NCBI GenBank assembly: GCA_964016885.1
Contig: OZ024748.1
Coordinates: 43,152,001 to 43,216,000, forward strand
Direction of reading: 5' to 3'
Source: Eledone cirrhosa
Taxonomy: Eukaryota
DNA: 64,000 bases
Numbering within the stretch: the first letter of the stretch is position 1; the number at the start of each line of letters is the position of its first letter. Position numbers and translations under genes: made by a program. Shown here one piece after another: positions 33,401 to 48,663 of the stretch. The notes beneath the pieces were generated by a model that saw nothing but the letters and a program-made list of their open reading frames with translations, made no database searches and was not told where the DNA came from.

Positions 33401-33650
33401 AGAGGCGTATGCTGAATTAGTTGCTCAACTGTATAGGAGATTAATAAAATTTCAGGTTATCAATAATGTAGTGATGAACAGCGTACGTGAAGGTTAGCTC
33501 AACGAGTATAAATTATATTCCGGAGAAAATGTAAAAAGGATGAATATAAAATGAAAGTGCTTTTTTTAAAAAGGAATTTATTAGGTATTGACATATGTTT
33601 CTGTAACGTAACGATATATTATCACTACATTATTGATAACCTGAAATTTT
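30443..33650 (-). mobile_element. Near full-length Penelope-like element (RT + C-terminal GIY-YIG; YRDD type, possibly Hydra clade), one frameshift
   Basis: ORFs 32972..33397 (SLKNIP..IRRIRWK..FGFKS..ADKT) and 31081..33063 (FDIDEYY, MGS, YRDD, FLDV, SNHP, CNC..CPL..C, IVY..YYVG..FKSR..H). Direct repeat 30443-30516 / 33534-33606. The 5' segment 33620-33650 is an inverted copy of 33445-33475. Confidence 0.9.
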
Positions 33651-33758
33651 ATATATATATATATATAATGAAAAATTGAACAGGGACAGAACAGAGAGGC
33701 AGTACGATAAATGTTTATTAAATTCACGCTCAGGAGAGTGGGGGGTAGGTGGGGGACG

Positions 33759-33799
<41 letters not shown>

Positions 33800-33981
33800 C
33801 GAAGGAAATGTGGTAAGGAACCAGGTGGACCATAACGCACCAAAGTACTCAATACTTGAGGTAGTAGAGTGGGTAATAGGAACCAGTAAGACCCCGACAG
33901 CTGAGCTCAAGCCGTTTCGACGGCTAATTCGGAATTAGCCGTCGAAACGGCTTGAGCTCAGCTGTCGGGGTCTTACTGGTT

Positions 33982-34019
<38 letters not shown>

Positions 34020-34225
34020 TACATATAGGTAAGTTATTCCGGATTGAATCGGAGGTAACCACAGTAAGTAAGGTACTCAATACATGGCAGAGTATAAAAG
34101 TTTTAATATAGATGAGATTCTACAGGATATTTTGGACAGCCAGATTCCTGATGATTTCTAAAGAATGAAACAGTTCTAGTCCTGTAGAATCTCATCTATA
34201 TTAAAAGTATATATATATATATATG

Positions 34226-34270
<45 letters not shown>

Positions 34271-34271
34271 G

Positions 34272-34305
<34 letters not shown>

Positions 34306-34313
34306 TATGTATG

Positions 34314-34346
<33 letters not shown>

Positions 34347-34642
34347 ATGTATGTATATGTATATATATATGTATGTATGTATATGTATGTATTTATATGT
34401 ATGTATATGTATATATATGTATGTTGTTTGTGTCTGCGTGTCTGTTGTTGTTTCTGAGTATGTTATTATTGTTGATGTGTGTGTTGTTGTTATTGTTGTT
34501 TGTGTCTGTGTGTCTGTTGTTGTTGGGATGTGTGTTGTATATGCGTGTGTGTGTGTGTGTGCGTGCGTATGTTGTTACTTTTGTTTTTGTTTTTGAGGCT
34601 CCAACGTAATTTTGTAAATGATTTTTCTATTTCTGACATTTC

Positions 34643-36762
34643 AGCAGAATCGGCGAGAGTAACCGATCTAGGGACCTAACAAACTGCATAATAGGTAGTA
34701 TGGATGTTGTGTCCCTGTATCCATCTATTGACGTGGATTTTGCTGTGAAGAAATGCGTAGAAATGATCAGTGAGAGCAATGTTGAATTCCGTGGGATTGA
34801 TACCAGTGAGCTGGGACTCCTACTTAAACTTACCTATAGTAATAATTATCTAGACACATATGACCTTAGCAACCTGTGCCCTACAAGACCGGCAAGAGGC
34901 AGACCACCTACCATTACCTCAATGGCCAAGAAAACCCACACAGATAGATGGAACGGGTGGATCAGAACCATACGGACCCCCGAAAACCACGATGAACTAA
35001 AGAAAATGATTGCACATGCGGTGGGGGCCAGCATAAAATTAACCCTTAAGGAACATATGTTCAAATTTAATGGAAAAGCATATGCCCATGAGGAAGGAGC
35101 AGCCATTGGTGTTAGCATTGCAGGCGACATAGCTAACCTATTCATGGTATGGTGGGACAGTAGACTTAAACTTAAACTTAAAGAACAATTAGAAGACCCC
35201 TTAACCCTGATAATGTACTCCCGCTACGTTGATGATATAAACATCGTAGTTAAAACAGCCCCACTACAGAACAGTCAGGAATTAGAGAAAAACACAATGG
35301 AAAGCATCCAGCAAATAGCTAACTCCATCCACCAGAGTATTAGAGTTACTATAGACTACCCAAGCAAACACCCCAACCATCGATTACCTGTACTATACAC
35401 AGAGCTCTGGTTAGATACCATTAATAACAAAAAACAAATCCTCCATTCCCATTATGCCAAACCCATGACTTCCAAATATCTGATCCACCGAAACTCAGCT
35501 GTTTCAGACCATACCAAAATGAACATACTGATTGCGGATTTGGTACGGGTGATGAGAAACGTGTCCCGCATGTGCAACCCCGAAGAACTAGAGAGACACA
35601 TACAACACTTCATCCACCGTATTCAGTTCTCTGGTTACAATCAGAGAGATAAAATCATATCAGAGTGTATAGAGGAGCCAGAACCAAATGGGAAAAAATG
35701 GTAAATAATGACACAAATGGGACCTGCCCCTTGTACAGGAGCAAATTTTGGAATAGAATAGAAAGAACTAGGAATAAGGCTAATAGAATAAACTAATGGT
35801 ATGATAGCAATAAATACCAGAGTGTAATGTTCATCGATACAACCCCTAGAGGTGAATTAGCTTACAAATTTAGAAGCGCCCTAGATAAACATAAACTCAA
35901 TATTAAGATAGTAGAAAGACCAGGTACCTCCATAAAAACACTTATTGGCAAGACATACCATTTTCAAAGACCTCCCTGTATAGATAAGAAATGTATAATC
36001 TGTAAATTAAGCCCCCATATTAACTGTAAAATTAGAAATGTAGTGTATAGCATAAGATGTACTGAAGGACAATGTAGAGACAAAAATATAGTGTACATAG
36101 GTGAGACAGCTCGTAGTATAGGGTAACGGATAAATGAACACTGGCGAGACCTTCAAGATAGTAAAGAATCATCTGTACTCTACCAACATGCTAAAATAGA
36201 ACATAAGGGTAAATTAGAAAACATAGAAATAAAAATAGAATCTACACACAGAAAAGACGCAATGTTTAGACAAATCACAGAGGCAATAAACATAAATGAA
36301 TTACAACCAAAATTAAATAGAAAACATGAGTGGAACAGCAACATCACAACTTACAATTAAGGACAAAATGAAAACATACACGCACATAGAACAAACAACC
36401 AACCAGTAACATGTAAATAAACAAATAAATAAACAAATAAATAAACACACACAGACACCCGGATGTAACACATGCGCAAACTAAGCACACAACACACACA
36501 CACAAAAACAAGATGGCGTAGGACAGAACAAAGGAGAGGCACAAAAAACAAAGAAAGGAATCCCCAGTCACTGAAGAGGTCACAGAATGTGTGACGAAAG
36601 AACTTTGACAATATATAAACAACCATCTGGTTGTGGAACCAACCAACCAACCGGAAATTTATAAATTCCTAAATTTATAAATTTATTATAATAAATTGAA
36701 GTGAAAGTAACTGGTGCGTGTGTTTCTCATTGGCAACATGACCCTCCCAAAGTATAACAATA
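34643..36762 (+). mobile_element. Penelope-like element (RT + GIY-YIG + pseudo-LTR with hammerhead), disrupted
   Basis: SMDVVSLYPSI, GAAIG, RYVDDI, C..C..C linker, VVY...VYIGETARS; frameshift near 35660 and stop at 36124; 3' end lies in (TA)n. Confidence 0.9.
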
Positions 36763-37013
36763 CATATATATATATATACATATATATACATATATATATA
36801 TACATATACATATATATACATATATATACATATACATATATATACATATATATACATATACATACATATACATATATATACATAGACATATATATACATA
36901 TATATACATAGACATATATATACATATACATATATATACATATATATACATATATATACATATACATATACATATATATACATATACATATATATATATA
37001 CATATATATATAC

Positions 37014-37050
<37 letters not shown>

Positions 37051-37176
37051 CATATATACATATATATATACATATATACATATATATATACATATATACA
37101 TATATATATACATATATACATATATATATATACATATATACATATATATACATATATACATATATATATACATATA

Positions 37177-38152
37177 ACTTTGAATAACTTTGAAATGTTT
37201 TGGCCAGTATTGGCCCAGGCCATGTCTAACTTAATAGCACCACCTGGCGAAGTCTTTCAATTCAGGATTTGGGCACCATGGCCCATTCGAGAAGAGAATT
37301 ACTGTTTGCGGAGACATATCCGGGTGTGGGTGGTTTGTCCGGGATTACTTGGAGGAATTTGTCCAAAGACTTCTTGAATTTTGTGTGGTCAGTTTCTGTT
37401 TTGACGTGTCCTGGTGTGATGTTGAAGAGAGCAGGGCCGATTGAGGTGAAATAATTGTACCGTATTGTTGTTATGAGTTGCGATTTAGATTTTTGAATGG
37501 GACGGATAGCACGGGGCCCAAGCCTTGGGTGTATCTTGAAGGCGATGCCAACATCATTTGGGCAGTGATGATGGAACATTTTCCACATCATGCAGATAAT
37601 ATAACGCTCACGGCGACGTTGGAGTGAGTAAAGTTTCAGGTTTTCTAGTCGACCCCAGTAGTCAAGGTCTGACATGCCATCTATCTTTTTTGTGATTGCC
37701 CTTTGAGGAGCTTCAAGTTTCATGATACTTTGTCTCGTGTGGGGAGACCACAGTGGACAACAGTATTCAAGGTGTGGTCGGGCAAAAGTAGAGAAGAGAA
37801 GGATAATGGTGTGGGAATCTCTCGACTGGAAGGTTCTGAGGATCCAGGAACACATTCTGCGGGCCATGTCAACTTTGCTGCTTATATGCGTGGCCCAACT
37901 TATGTTGCTGTCCACGGTTACTCCCAAGTCTCTGATGTTGTTAGATGCCACGAGAGTTTCCCCGGAGGTAAGGGAGTACGGGAGTTTCAGAGCATCCTCT
38001 TTTCCAAAGTGGATCAGTTCGAATTTGTCTTCGTTCAGTAACATGTTGTTCTTTTCCGCCCATTGGGTAACAGCCAGTAGGTCTGACTGAAGGCTTATCC
38101 GGTCATCCACGCCATTGATGACCTTTTGGAGCTTGGAATCATCAGCGAAAAT
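37177..38152 (-). mobile_element. Second, shorter copy of the CR1/L2-group LINE
   Basis: Near-identical to 25781-26757; truncated at IFADDSK; flanked by (TA)n. Confidence 0.9.
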
Positions 38153-38167
38153 TTGATATATATACAT

Positions 38168-38201
<34 letters not shown>

Positions 38202-38246
38202 CACATATATATATATATACACACATATATATATATATACATATAC

Positions 38247-38326
<80 letters not shown>

Positions 38327-38368
38327 ATATACATATATATATATATACATATTCATATATATATACAC

Positions 38369-38418
<50 letters not shown>

Positions 38419-38653
38419 ATATACATATACATATATACATATATATATATATATACATATATACATACACATATATATACATATACATATATATATATAT
38501 ACATATACATATATATACATATACATATACATATATATACATATACATATATGCATACATATATGTATATATATATATGTATGTATATATATATATGTAT
38601 GTATATATATATATGTATATATATATATGTATGTATATATATATATATGTATG

Positions 38654-38687
<34 letters not shown>

Positions 38688-38711
38688 TGTATGTATATAT
38701 ATATATATGTA

Positions 38712-38773
<62 letters not shown>

Positions 38774-39465
38774 TGTATATGTATATATATATATGTATGT
38801 ATATATGTATGTATATGTATATATATGTATGTATATATATATATATGTATGTATGTATATATATATGTATGTATGTATATATATATATAAGTCTCTATAT
38901 ATATATGTCTGTATATGTATGTATATATATATGTATGTATATATATATATGTCTGTATATGTATGTATATATATATGTCTGTATATGTTTGAATATATAT
39001 ATGTATCTATATGTATGTATGTATATGTATATATATGTATGTATATGTATGTATATATATACGTATGTATATGTATGTATATATATATATGTATGTATAT
39101 GTATGTATATATGTATGTATATATATATATGTATGTATATGTATGTATATATATATATATGTATGTGTATATGTATGTATATATATATGTATGTATATGT
39201 ATGTATATATATACGTATGTATATGTATGTATATATATACGTATGTATATGTATGTATATATATACGTATGTATATGTATGTATATATATACGTATGTAT
39301 ATGTATGTATATATATACGTATGTATATGTATGTATATATATACTTATGTATATGTATGTATATATATATGTATGTATGTATATATATATATGTATGTAT
39401 ATGTATGTATATATATATGTATGTATATGTATATATATGTATGTATATATATATATATGTATATG

Positions 39466-39498
<33 letters not shown>

Positions 39499-39528
39499 AT
39501 GTATATGTATATATATATGTATATGTAT

Positions 39529-39562
<34 letters not shown>

Positions 39563-39590
39563 GTATATGTATATATATATGTATATGTAT

Positions 39591-39622
<32 letters not shown>

Positions 39623-39773
39623 GTATGTATATGTATGTATATGTAGATATGTATATATATATGTATGTATATGTATGTATGTATATGTATATATATATGT
39701 ATATGTATATGTATGTATGTATATGTATATGTATGTATATGTATATATATATGTATATGTATGTATGTATATG

Positions 39774-39804
<31 letters not shown>

Positions 39805-39847
39805 ATGTATGTATATGTAGATATGTATATATATATGTATGTATATG

Positions 39848-39918
<71 letters not shown>

Positions 39919-39936
39919 ATGTATGTATGTATATGT

Positions 39937-39984
<48 letters not shown>

Positions 39985-40062
39985 ATGTATATATGTATAT
40001 GTATATATATGTATATGTATATATATATGTATATGTATATACATATATATATATATATATAT
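38153..40062. repeat. (TA)n/(TATG)n microsatellite
   Basis: Direct inspection. Confidence 0.97.
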
Positions 40063-40233
40063 GATTTAAAATCCAAGGATTCTTTCATTCTGATGATTGA
40101 AAGCAAATTTTTTTTGCTTTTAAGAAACCACTGGTAAATGAAATAATTGCCTTATGTTGTTTATTACATAACTATTAAGCCCTGTTACCTACATAGAGCA
40201 CTCTTTTTTCCTGGACTTCTCCGACGGAATTAC

Positions 40234-40282
<49 letters not shown>

Positions 40283-40613
40283 GGTATTCCGTGTTGAAAC
40301 TTAAAAATAAGGAGTGGCACCCCATCCTGAACTTGTTTATAGAATTATTTCTGCCTTTATTACTCTAAATATAAATTATAGCTTCAAAGAATTAGCCTTT
40401 AATGAATTCCCTTTGCTATCAACCAATAACCTCTGCCCATCCCACTCCCTACCCTGTAGAATCTCATCTATATTAAAACTATAACTATATATATATATAT
40501 ATATCTATATATATATATATATATATACCAAACAAGGAACTGGGCATATCAGAGTATTGACAATATTATACACCTAAACAACATATGTACTTGTCTATAC
40601 CATACTAATTCAA

Positions 40614-40668
40614 ACTGCCTGAAGAGGTCACAGCCAAAGATGGCTGTCACTGAAATATATATAGCAGT
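40614..40668 (+). ncRNA. Type I hammerhead ribozyme with (TA)n stem III
   Basis: ACTGC-CTGAAGA-G-GTCACAGCCA(AAGA)TGGCTGTCAC-T-GAAA-TATATA-TA^GCAGT, followed by AATAAA. Confidence 0.78.
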
Positions 40669-40811
40669 AATAAACGAAGCTAAATTTTAATCATTTGACT
40701 TTTATTTAACTTTATTTTACACTACTCCGGAGTAACCAAACCAACCTGCGCACTTCGTCGAGTGCTCCAGCCTGCATACTGAGGTGTTGGTATACAACCA
40801 ACATAAACTCA

Positions 40812-40868
<57 letters not shown>

Positions 40869-41038
40869 ACTTGCCGAACACACAAATATGGATATAACAG
40901 TCCCTTTTCGATTCCCTTCTAGCATGTTAGTAATCTAACCCACTTACATTCTACAGTTTTCTAAACACACATACCCACTGTTAAGTTTCATAATTTCATA
41001 AGTTCAATATGAGTTTGTAGTAATTTCTTTATTTGTAG

Positions 41039-41134
41039 CTTCTTGTTCTCCGGGCTGTTTCAATGGAGGAGAGTGTGTAGAACCCGGGAAATGTCGCTGT
41101 TTACAAGGTTACAAAGGAGAGTTATGTCAGGAAG
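41039..41134 (+). CDS. Host gene exon: EGF-like domain 2
   Basis: tttgtag acceptor, gtaac donor, 96 nt, phase 1-1; [31 protein letters not shown]. Confidence 0.92.
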
Positions 41135-41432
41135 GTAACAACTGTTTATCTCATAATCTGTATTACACACATATTTATATATATACATATATATATATAT
41201 AATGTGTGTGTGTATATATATATATACACAAATATGTATGTGTGTATATATATATATACATATGTATGTATAAAGAAATTCGTTTTCAAATATAAAAACT
41301 GCAAAGGTGTAGATGAAAATATTAAGATGAATCCCACGAGGATGAAACAATTGTAAATTAAATTGATAAATATAATAGTGTTTTGTAACATATTTTAATG
41401 GATACACATACATTCATACATACATACATACA

Positions 41433-42047
41433 TGGTGGCTGCCAACTCGTTTTCGAGTACGGCCACTACTTTATATCCATGTAGGAGGACCCCTACCGAT
41501 GCGCTGAACGAGTGTGACTTTTTAGTCCAGCCAGCGACTTGAAAACTCTGGTACGAACACTACACTTGTGACAATTACTGACACATAGTGCTGGGCCCAT
41601 TGTACCCTGTGATGACAAGTGCAGAGAGATCTCCAGATATAAAGCAATGCCTGTGCCGTGAAGCTTTTATAGTGAGCAAAGAACTGCACAAAGCCAGTCC
41701 CACTCTCTTAACCAAGATGATATTTACCAAAAAAGAAGAACAAGTCAACATCATTGGATACCATCAGGGTTGCAGGTGTTATATCAGAGTTTTCCTTCTC
41801 CTAGAATTCTGCCTTGACAAAGGCTAAGGGGTCATCTCTCCCGGTGATTTTGGATGGCCATTGACTCTTAAGAACTCCTTTGCCCTTTGACAGGTTTTGT
41901 TTTTAGTCCTGCAGGATGTCCAAAGTCACCCTCCTCACCAAGAAACCTTGGTGGGGTTGCCAGTTTAGTCGCCAACGACCCGACCATGAGACAGGTTGTA
42001 CTGGGATACATGTTACCAGTAGCACCAACTGGTGACCTGACACGGCT
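41433..42047 (-). mobile_element. Longer copy of the non-coding retroelement at 1-438
   Basis: Reverse-complement match to 1-438, plus about 175 bp of additional structured 5' sequence; ends in (TATG)n. Confidence 0.65.
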
Positions 42048-42525
42048 AAATGAGAATAACGAACCCGTAACAAACTTCTGCCAAACATTTTCAATATACT
42101 TTTGAATATTTACTATACAGGTGGGAGGTGGACATTTTTTCGTTGTGGAAGTGGGCGATGATGTAAAAAACGGTTGGGAGCCCCTCTGCTAAATGGACGT
42201 ATTCAACAAATACAACAGCTTTGCATTTATCAACTTCATTTAGAATGTTTCCGGTTCCTTTCAACTCTACTTCGTTACACATGTCATTCTGTCAATGGTT
42301 TGATGTATGATAAGATAACATGTATTGAAACAATTTCCTTACAACTCACAAACACCAGACATTCACACCTACAATTATTAACACCACCTCACCTTATTTA
42401 TTTATATTTATTTATTTACTTATTTATTTACTAGCAGTAGTACCCGACGTTGCTCGGGGAAAATTACGAATGATTCAGTGGACAATTTCCTGAAAAATAA
42501 TAAGTGCAACTCTGCATAATTATAT

Positions 42526-42635
<110 letters not shown>

Positions 42636-42879
42636 GTTGTTGGATTCTTAAATACTCCGTTTACGTTAGGCTGTTCGAGCACTCAATGCTCTCATAGAGC
42701 AGAGTATGATATCACAGAAAAAAAAGAGAATCAGTGTTGCGACGAATGGAATTTATTGGACATATACAATCGATTTTAATATGTCCAATAAATTCCATTC
42801 GTTGCAACACTGATTCTCTTTTTTTCTGTGATATATATATGTATATATATATATTTATATATATATATATTTATATATT

Positions 42880-42932
<53 letters not shown>

Positions 42933-42968
42933 TATATTTATATATTTATATAATTGTATATATATATT

Positions 42969-42999
<31 letters not shown>

Positions 43000-43165
43000 A
43001 TTTATAATTATATATTTATATAATTATATATATATATTTATATATATATATATTTATATATATATATATTTATATATATATATATTTATATATATATATA
43101 TTTATATATTTCGTTTCTGAATTTGTTTAGCAAGATTCTTTATCTGAAATCGTGTGTTGAAACCG

Positions 43166-43684
43166 ATATTGTTATACTTTGGGAGGGTCATGTTGCCAAT
43201 AAGAAACACACGCACCAGTTGCTTTCACTTCAATTTAATATATATTTATAAATTTACAAATCTCTGGTTGGTTGGTTGGTTCCACAACCAGATAGTTGTT
43301 TATATATATATATATAGTTATAGTTCTTTCGTCACACACTCTGTGACCTCTTCAGTGACTGGGGATTTCTTTCTTCGTTTCTGTGCCTTTCCTTTCTTCT
43401 ATCCTACGCCATTTTGTTTGTGTGTCACACAAACAAAATGGCGTAGGATAGAAGAAAGGAAAGGCACAGAAACGAAGAAAGAAATCCCCAGTCACTGAAG
43501 AGGTCACAGAGTGTGTGACGAAAGAACTATGACTATATATATATATATAAACAACTATCTGGTTGTGGAACCAACCAACCAACCAGAGATTTGTAAATTT
43601 ATAAATATATATTAAATTGAAGTGAAAGCAACTGGTGCTTGTGTTTCTTATTGGCAACATGACCCTCCCAAAGTATAACAATAT
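43166..43684. repeat. Near-perfect 519-bp palindrome of a PLE pseudo-LTR
   Basis: Arms of about 259 bp, centre at 43425; diverged relative of 36490-36760. Confidence 0.92.
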
Positions 43685-43747
43685 ATTTATATATATATAT
43701 TTATATATTGCTATATATTTATATATATATATTTATATATTGCTATA

Positions 43748-43793
<46 letters not shown>

Positions 43794-44054
43794 TATATTT
43801 ATATATATTTATATATATATATTTATATATATATATTTATATTTATATATATATATTTATATTTATATATATATATTTATATTTATATATATATATTTAT
43901 ATTTATATATATATATATATTTATATATTTATATTTATATCTATATATATATATATATATTTATTTATATATTTATATATATTTATTTATATATATTTAT
44001 ATATATTTATTTATATATATATATATTTATTATATATATATTTATATATATATA

Positions 44055-44229
<175 letters not shown>

Positions 44230-44267
44230 GTTATTTGTTTTTATATATATATATTTATATATAAACA

Positions 44268-45545
44268 GCCCCACTTATGCCAACCTAGTCATGTGATACC
44301 TGGAAATCACCCTCTACACTAAAGTCCTAAACAAATTTGGAAACACTCTCCACTTACACATAGAAAGGAACTGGAAGCGATATCTAGATGACTGCTTCAT
44401 CCTTTGGCACGAAAACATCGAGAAACTTAAAGAATTTCACACCCTTATAAATGGGCTCAACACGAATATTAACTTTACGATGGAATACAGTCATCAACAA
44501 CTCCCCTTCCTCGACATCTTCATTAAGATCCATAACAAAAAAATAGAAACAGACATATACTACAAGCCCACAAACTCCAAGCAATATCTTCCTTTCAACT
44601 CTTGCCACCCTATATAACGTTAAAATTAATATTCCCTACAACTTAGCCAAGAGAATCTGTACTATAGTCTCCAATAAAAACACCTGCTACTTACGGCTAC
44701 AAGAACTAAAGGACACACTCATAGGCAGGGACTACCCTGCATCACTAATTGACAATGGAATCCAACGTGCCCTAAAACTCAGTACCCAGGACCTTAGACA
44801 CCCTAAAGTAAATCAACCGAAACTAAAAGCTATTCCATACATCTCCACACACAACACCCTCAACAATGAAGCCTTTGACACCATCCTCCAGAACATCCCT
44901 GTGTTGAAAAAGGACCATAGAATGAACCAAATCCTACGAACACACGATATCATAAAGAGCAAAAGACAATCTAAGTCAATGAAAAACATCCTAACACAGT
45001 ATTGCCAACCACAACAACGAAACCCACAGTAAAAAAATGCGATAGACCCAACTGTGGCATTTGCATCAACCTAATAGAGGGTTCGGAATTCTATTTCAAA
45101 GATGGACAACGTTTTATAGTAAAACACAATTTCACATGTGCATCAGAAAATCTAATATATGTATTAACTTGCTCAGGTTGTCGAGAACAATACATAGGCC
45201 AGACCCAAAACAGCCTCCGCCAACGCATGACTGTCCATAGATCCCAAATTAAAATACGGGAATACAGGAAAATACTACTGAGTGAACACATTGATACCTG
45301 TGCCGCCCAAAATCATCCCAACTTCAGAATCTTTCCCCTCTACAAATTTAAAGATAATGCCACCCACACCCAGCGCATCAGCAAGGAATCTTACTTTATT
45401 AACAAATACGGACCCCGTCTAAACACTTCTCCCTAAGACGAACCCACAACATACACACGTCAACATACATACCTACATCAGCACACATCTCTACCCACAT
45501 ATAAACACAATGACATACGTAAACACACATGTTGTATGGTGCAAC

Positions 45546-45550
<5 letters not shown>
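44268..45550 (+). mobile_element. 5'-truncated Penelope-like element (Neptune-like), decayed
   Basis: [33 protein letters not shown] linker, NLIYVLTCSGCREQYIGQT...R...H; flanked by (TA)n. Confidence 0.85.
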
Positions 45551-45616
<66 letters not shown>

Positions 45617-45789
45617 ATATATGTATGTATGTATATATATATATAGTGAATATCATTTCACACCTTTTATTGTTAAGATTTATTATGTTCTATTGAGAGA
45701 ATCGATTTTAATGAAAATATCGAATAATGTACACCATTTTACCAGGGGAAAAAAATACTGGTCCACCCACACACACACACACATTCTCT

Positions 45790-45827
<38 letters not shown>

Positions 45828-46005
45828 TATATACACACACACACACATACACACGCGTACATTAACATACAAAAAGACTTATACACACACACACACTTCT
45901 CCGTATAAGACAAAAGTTGAAAAATATCTTTTGACATACTAAAATACCCCCCACTCCTTACAGACACTGTCCTACTGACCATCCCGCTACCACGAATTAC
46001 TCTGC

Positions 46006-46064
<59 letters not shown>

Positions 46065-46580
46065 ATCTTAATAGCCATTTGAACTGTCAACAGGCTGCGG
46101 TTCGCACACACATCCCTGCTAACCATTATCACAACATCGAACACTTTACTACTACTACTACACACACACACACACACACACATATTTGTTGTGAAAGAGT
46201 CATTTCTCAGTCTTGGCGGAAAATCAATTTTTTACATTCACATGACCTCTACCGACCAATCAAAATTGTTTTGACCACAAGAATTTTTGCAACACCAAGT
46301 AGCGCTGGAGCCACTTTTTTAACATAAAAACAGGTAGAATTCCCAAAACTAATCAGATCAGAGCAAACAACACGGACGCTCTATCTCAAAATTATTTTTG
46401 AAAAGCATTTAGAAATGCGCAACCGGTAAAAACTTAAAACCACAACTGAATACTAACCAATACAATTACTAATACTCTTTTATTCCTAATTAAACTATTT
46501 TTCAACTGTGAACAATTTGTCAGCATTTTCTATTCCGTTTACCAATATATAATAACTTGTGTGTTACACCTCTATTCTTT

Positions 46581-46737
<157 letters not shown>

Positions 46738-46779
46738 TTATATATAAATATATATATATATAAATATATAAATATATAT

Positions 46780-46818
<39 letters not shown>

Positions 46819-46860
46819 AATATATATATATAAATATATATATAAATATATATATATAAG

Positions 46861-46891
<31 letters not shown>

Positions 46892-47024
46892 TTATATATA
46901 TATACTTATATATTTATATATATATATTTATATATATATTTATATATATATATATTTATATATTTATATATATATATATTTATATATATATATTTATATA
47001 TATATATTTATATATATATATATT

Positions 47025-47060
<36 letters not shown>

Positions 47061-47202
47061 TATATATATATATATTTATATTTATATATATATATATTTA
47101 TATATATTTATATTTATATTTCTATATTTATCTATATATATATATTTATATATTTATATATATATATTTATCTATATATTTATATATTTATATATATATA
47201 TT

Positions 47203-47241
<39 letters not shown>

Positions 47242-47418
47242 ATATATTTATATATTTATATATATTTATATATTTATATATATATATATATATATTTATA
47301 TATTTATATATATATTTATATATATATTTATATTTATATTTATATATATATATTTATATTTATATATTTATATATTTGTATTTATATATATATATATTTA
47401 TATATATATATCTATATT

Positions 47419-47491
<73 letters not shown>

Positions 47492-47852
47492 ATATTTATA
47501 TATTTATATATATATATATATTTATATATTTATATTTATATTTATATATATATATTTATATTTATATATTTGCATATATATTTATATATATATATATTTA
47601 TATATATATTTATATATATATTTATATATATATATATATTTATATATATATTTATATATATATATATATTTATATATATATTTATATATATATATATATA
47701 TTTATATATATTTATATATATATTTATATATATATATATATTTATATATATTTATATATATATTTATATATATATATATATTTATATATATATTTATATA
47801 TATATATTTATATATATATATATTTATATATATTTATATATTTATATATATT

Positions 47853-47901
<49 letters not shown>

Positions 47902-48454
47902 ATTTATATATATATATATATTTATATATTTATATATATATATATTTATATATTTATATATATTTATATATAGTAGAATAATCGAGTATCGAAAAATCGG
48001 CGCACGAGTTCACGATAAACAAAATTCGATATGAGTGGCAGAGGGCTCAATAATTCAGATAAATCAGAGCTATAACTATCGTTAAAATACCAACACACAT
48101 AGATTATGTCTAAAATCAACCATACGACTGAAAAATTACGATCTGGAAGATTCGGATCACTCAGATAAAATATCAATAAATCAATAAATCATATGAATGT
48201 AAAATGCTTACCCGGACCCGCTAGAAAGATGGTAAATCTAGCTTCTTGGGTTTCTGTAAATCCTTAAATCGCCCACTATCAGCCCACATAAAAATATAGG
48301 GAGCAGCGGACAGGAAATACTTTATCAACGAGCTTTGTCCGAACGAATAAAAAAGCACAACTTTAGCTGAAAACGCACATGGAATTCAGCAAGGGAGATA
48401 TTTATATATATATATATTTATATATTTATATATATTTATATATTTATATATATT

Positions 48455-48503
<49 letters not shown>

Positions 48504-48528
48504 ATTTATATATATATTTATATATATA

Positions 48529-48578
<50 letters not shown>

Positions 48579-48632
48579 TATATATATATATTTATATATA
48601 TATATTTATATATATATTTATATATATATATT

Positions 48633-48663
<31 letters not shown>

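Noticed and set aside
44292-44297. In-frame TGA in a PLE ORF as selenocysteine
   Set aside because: It aligns to Gly (MGYLE in the intact relative), and the copy has other disablements.
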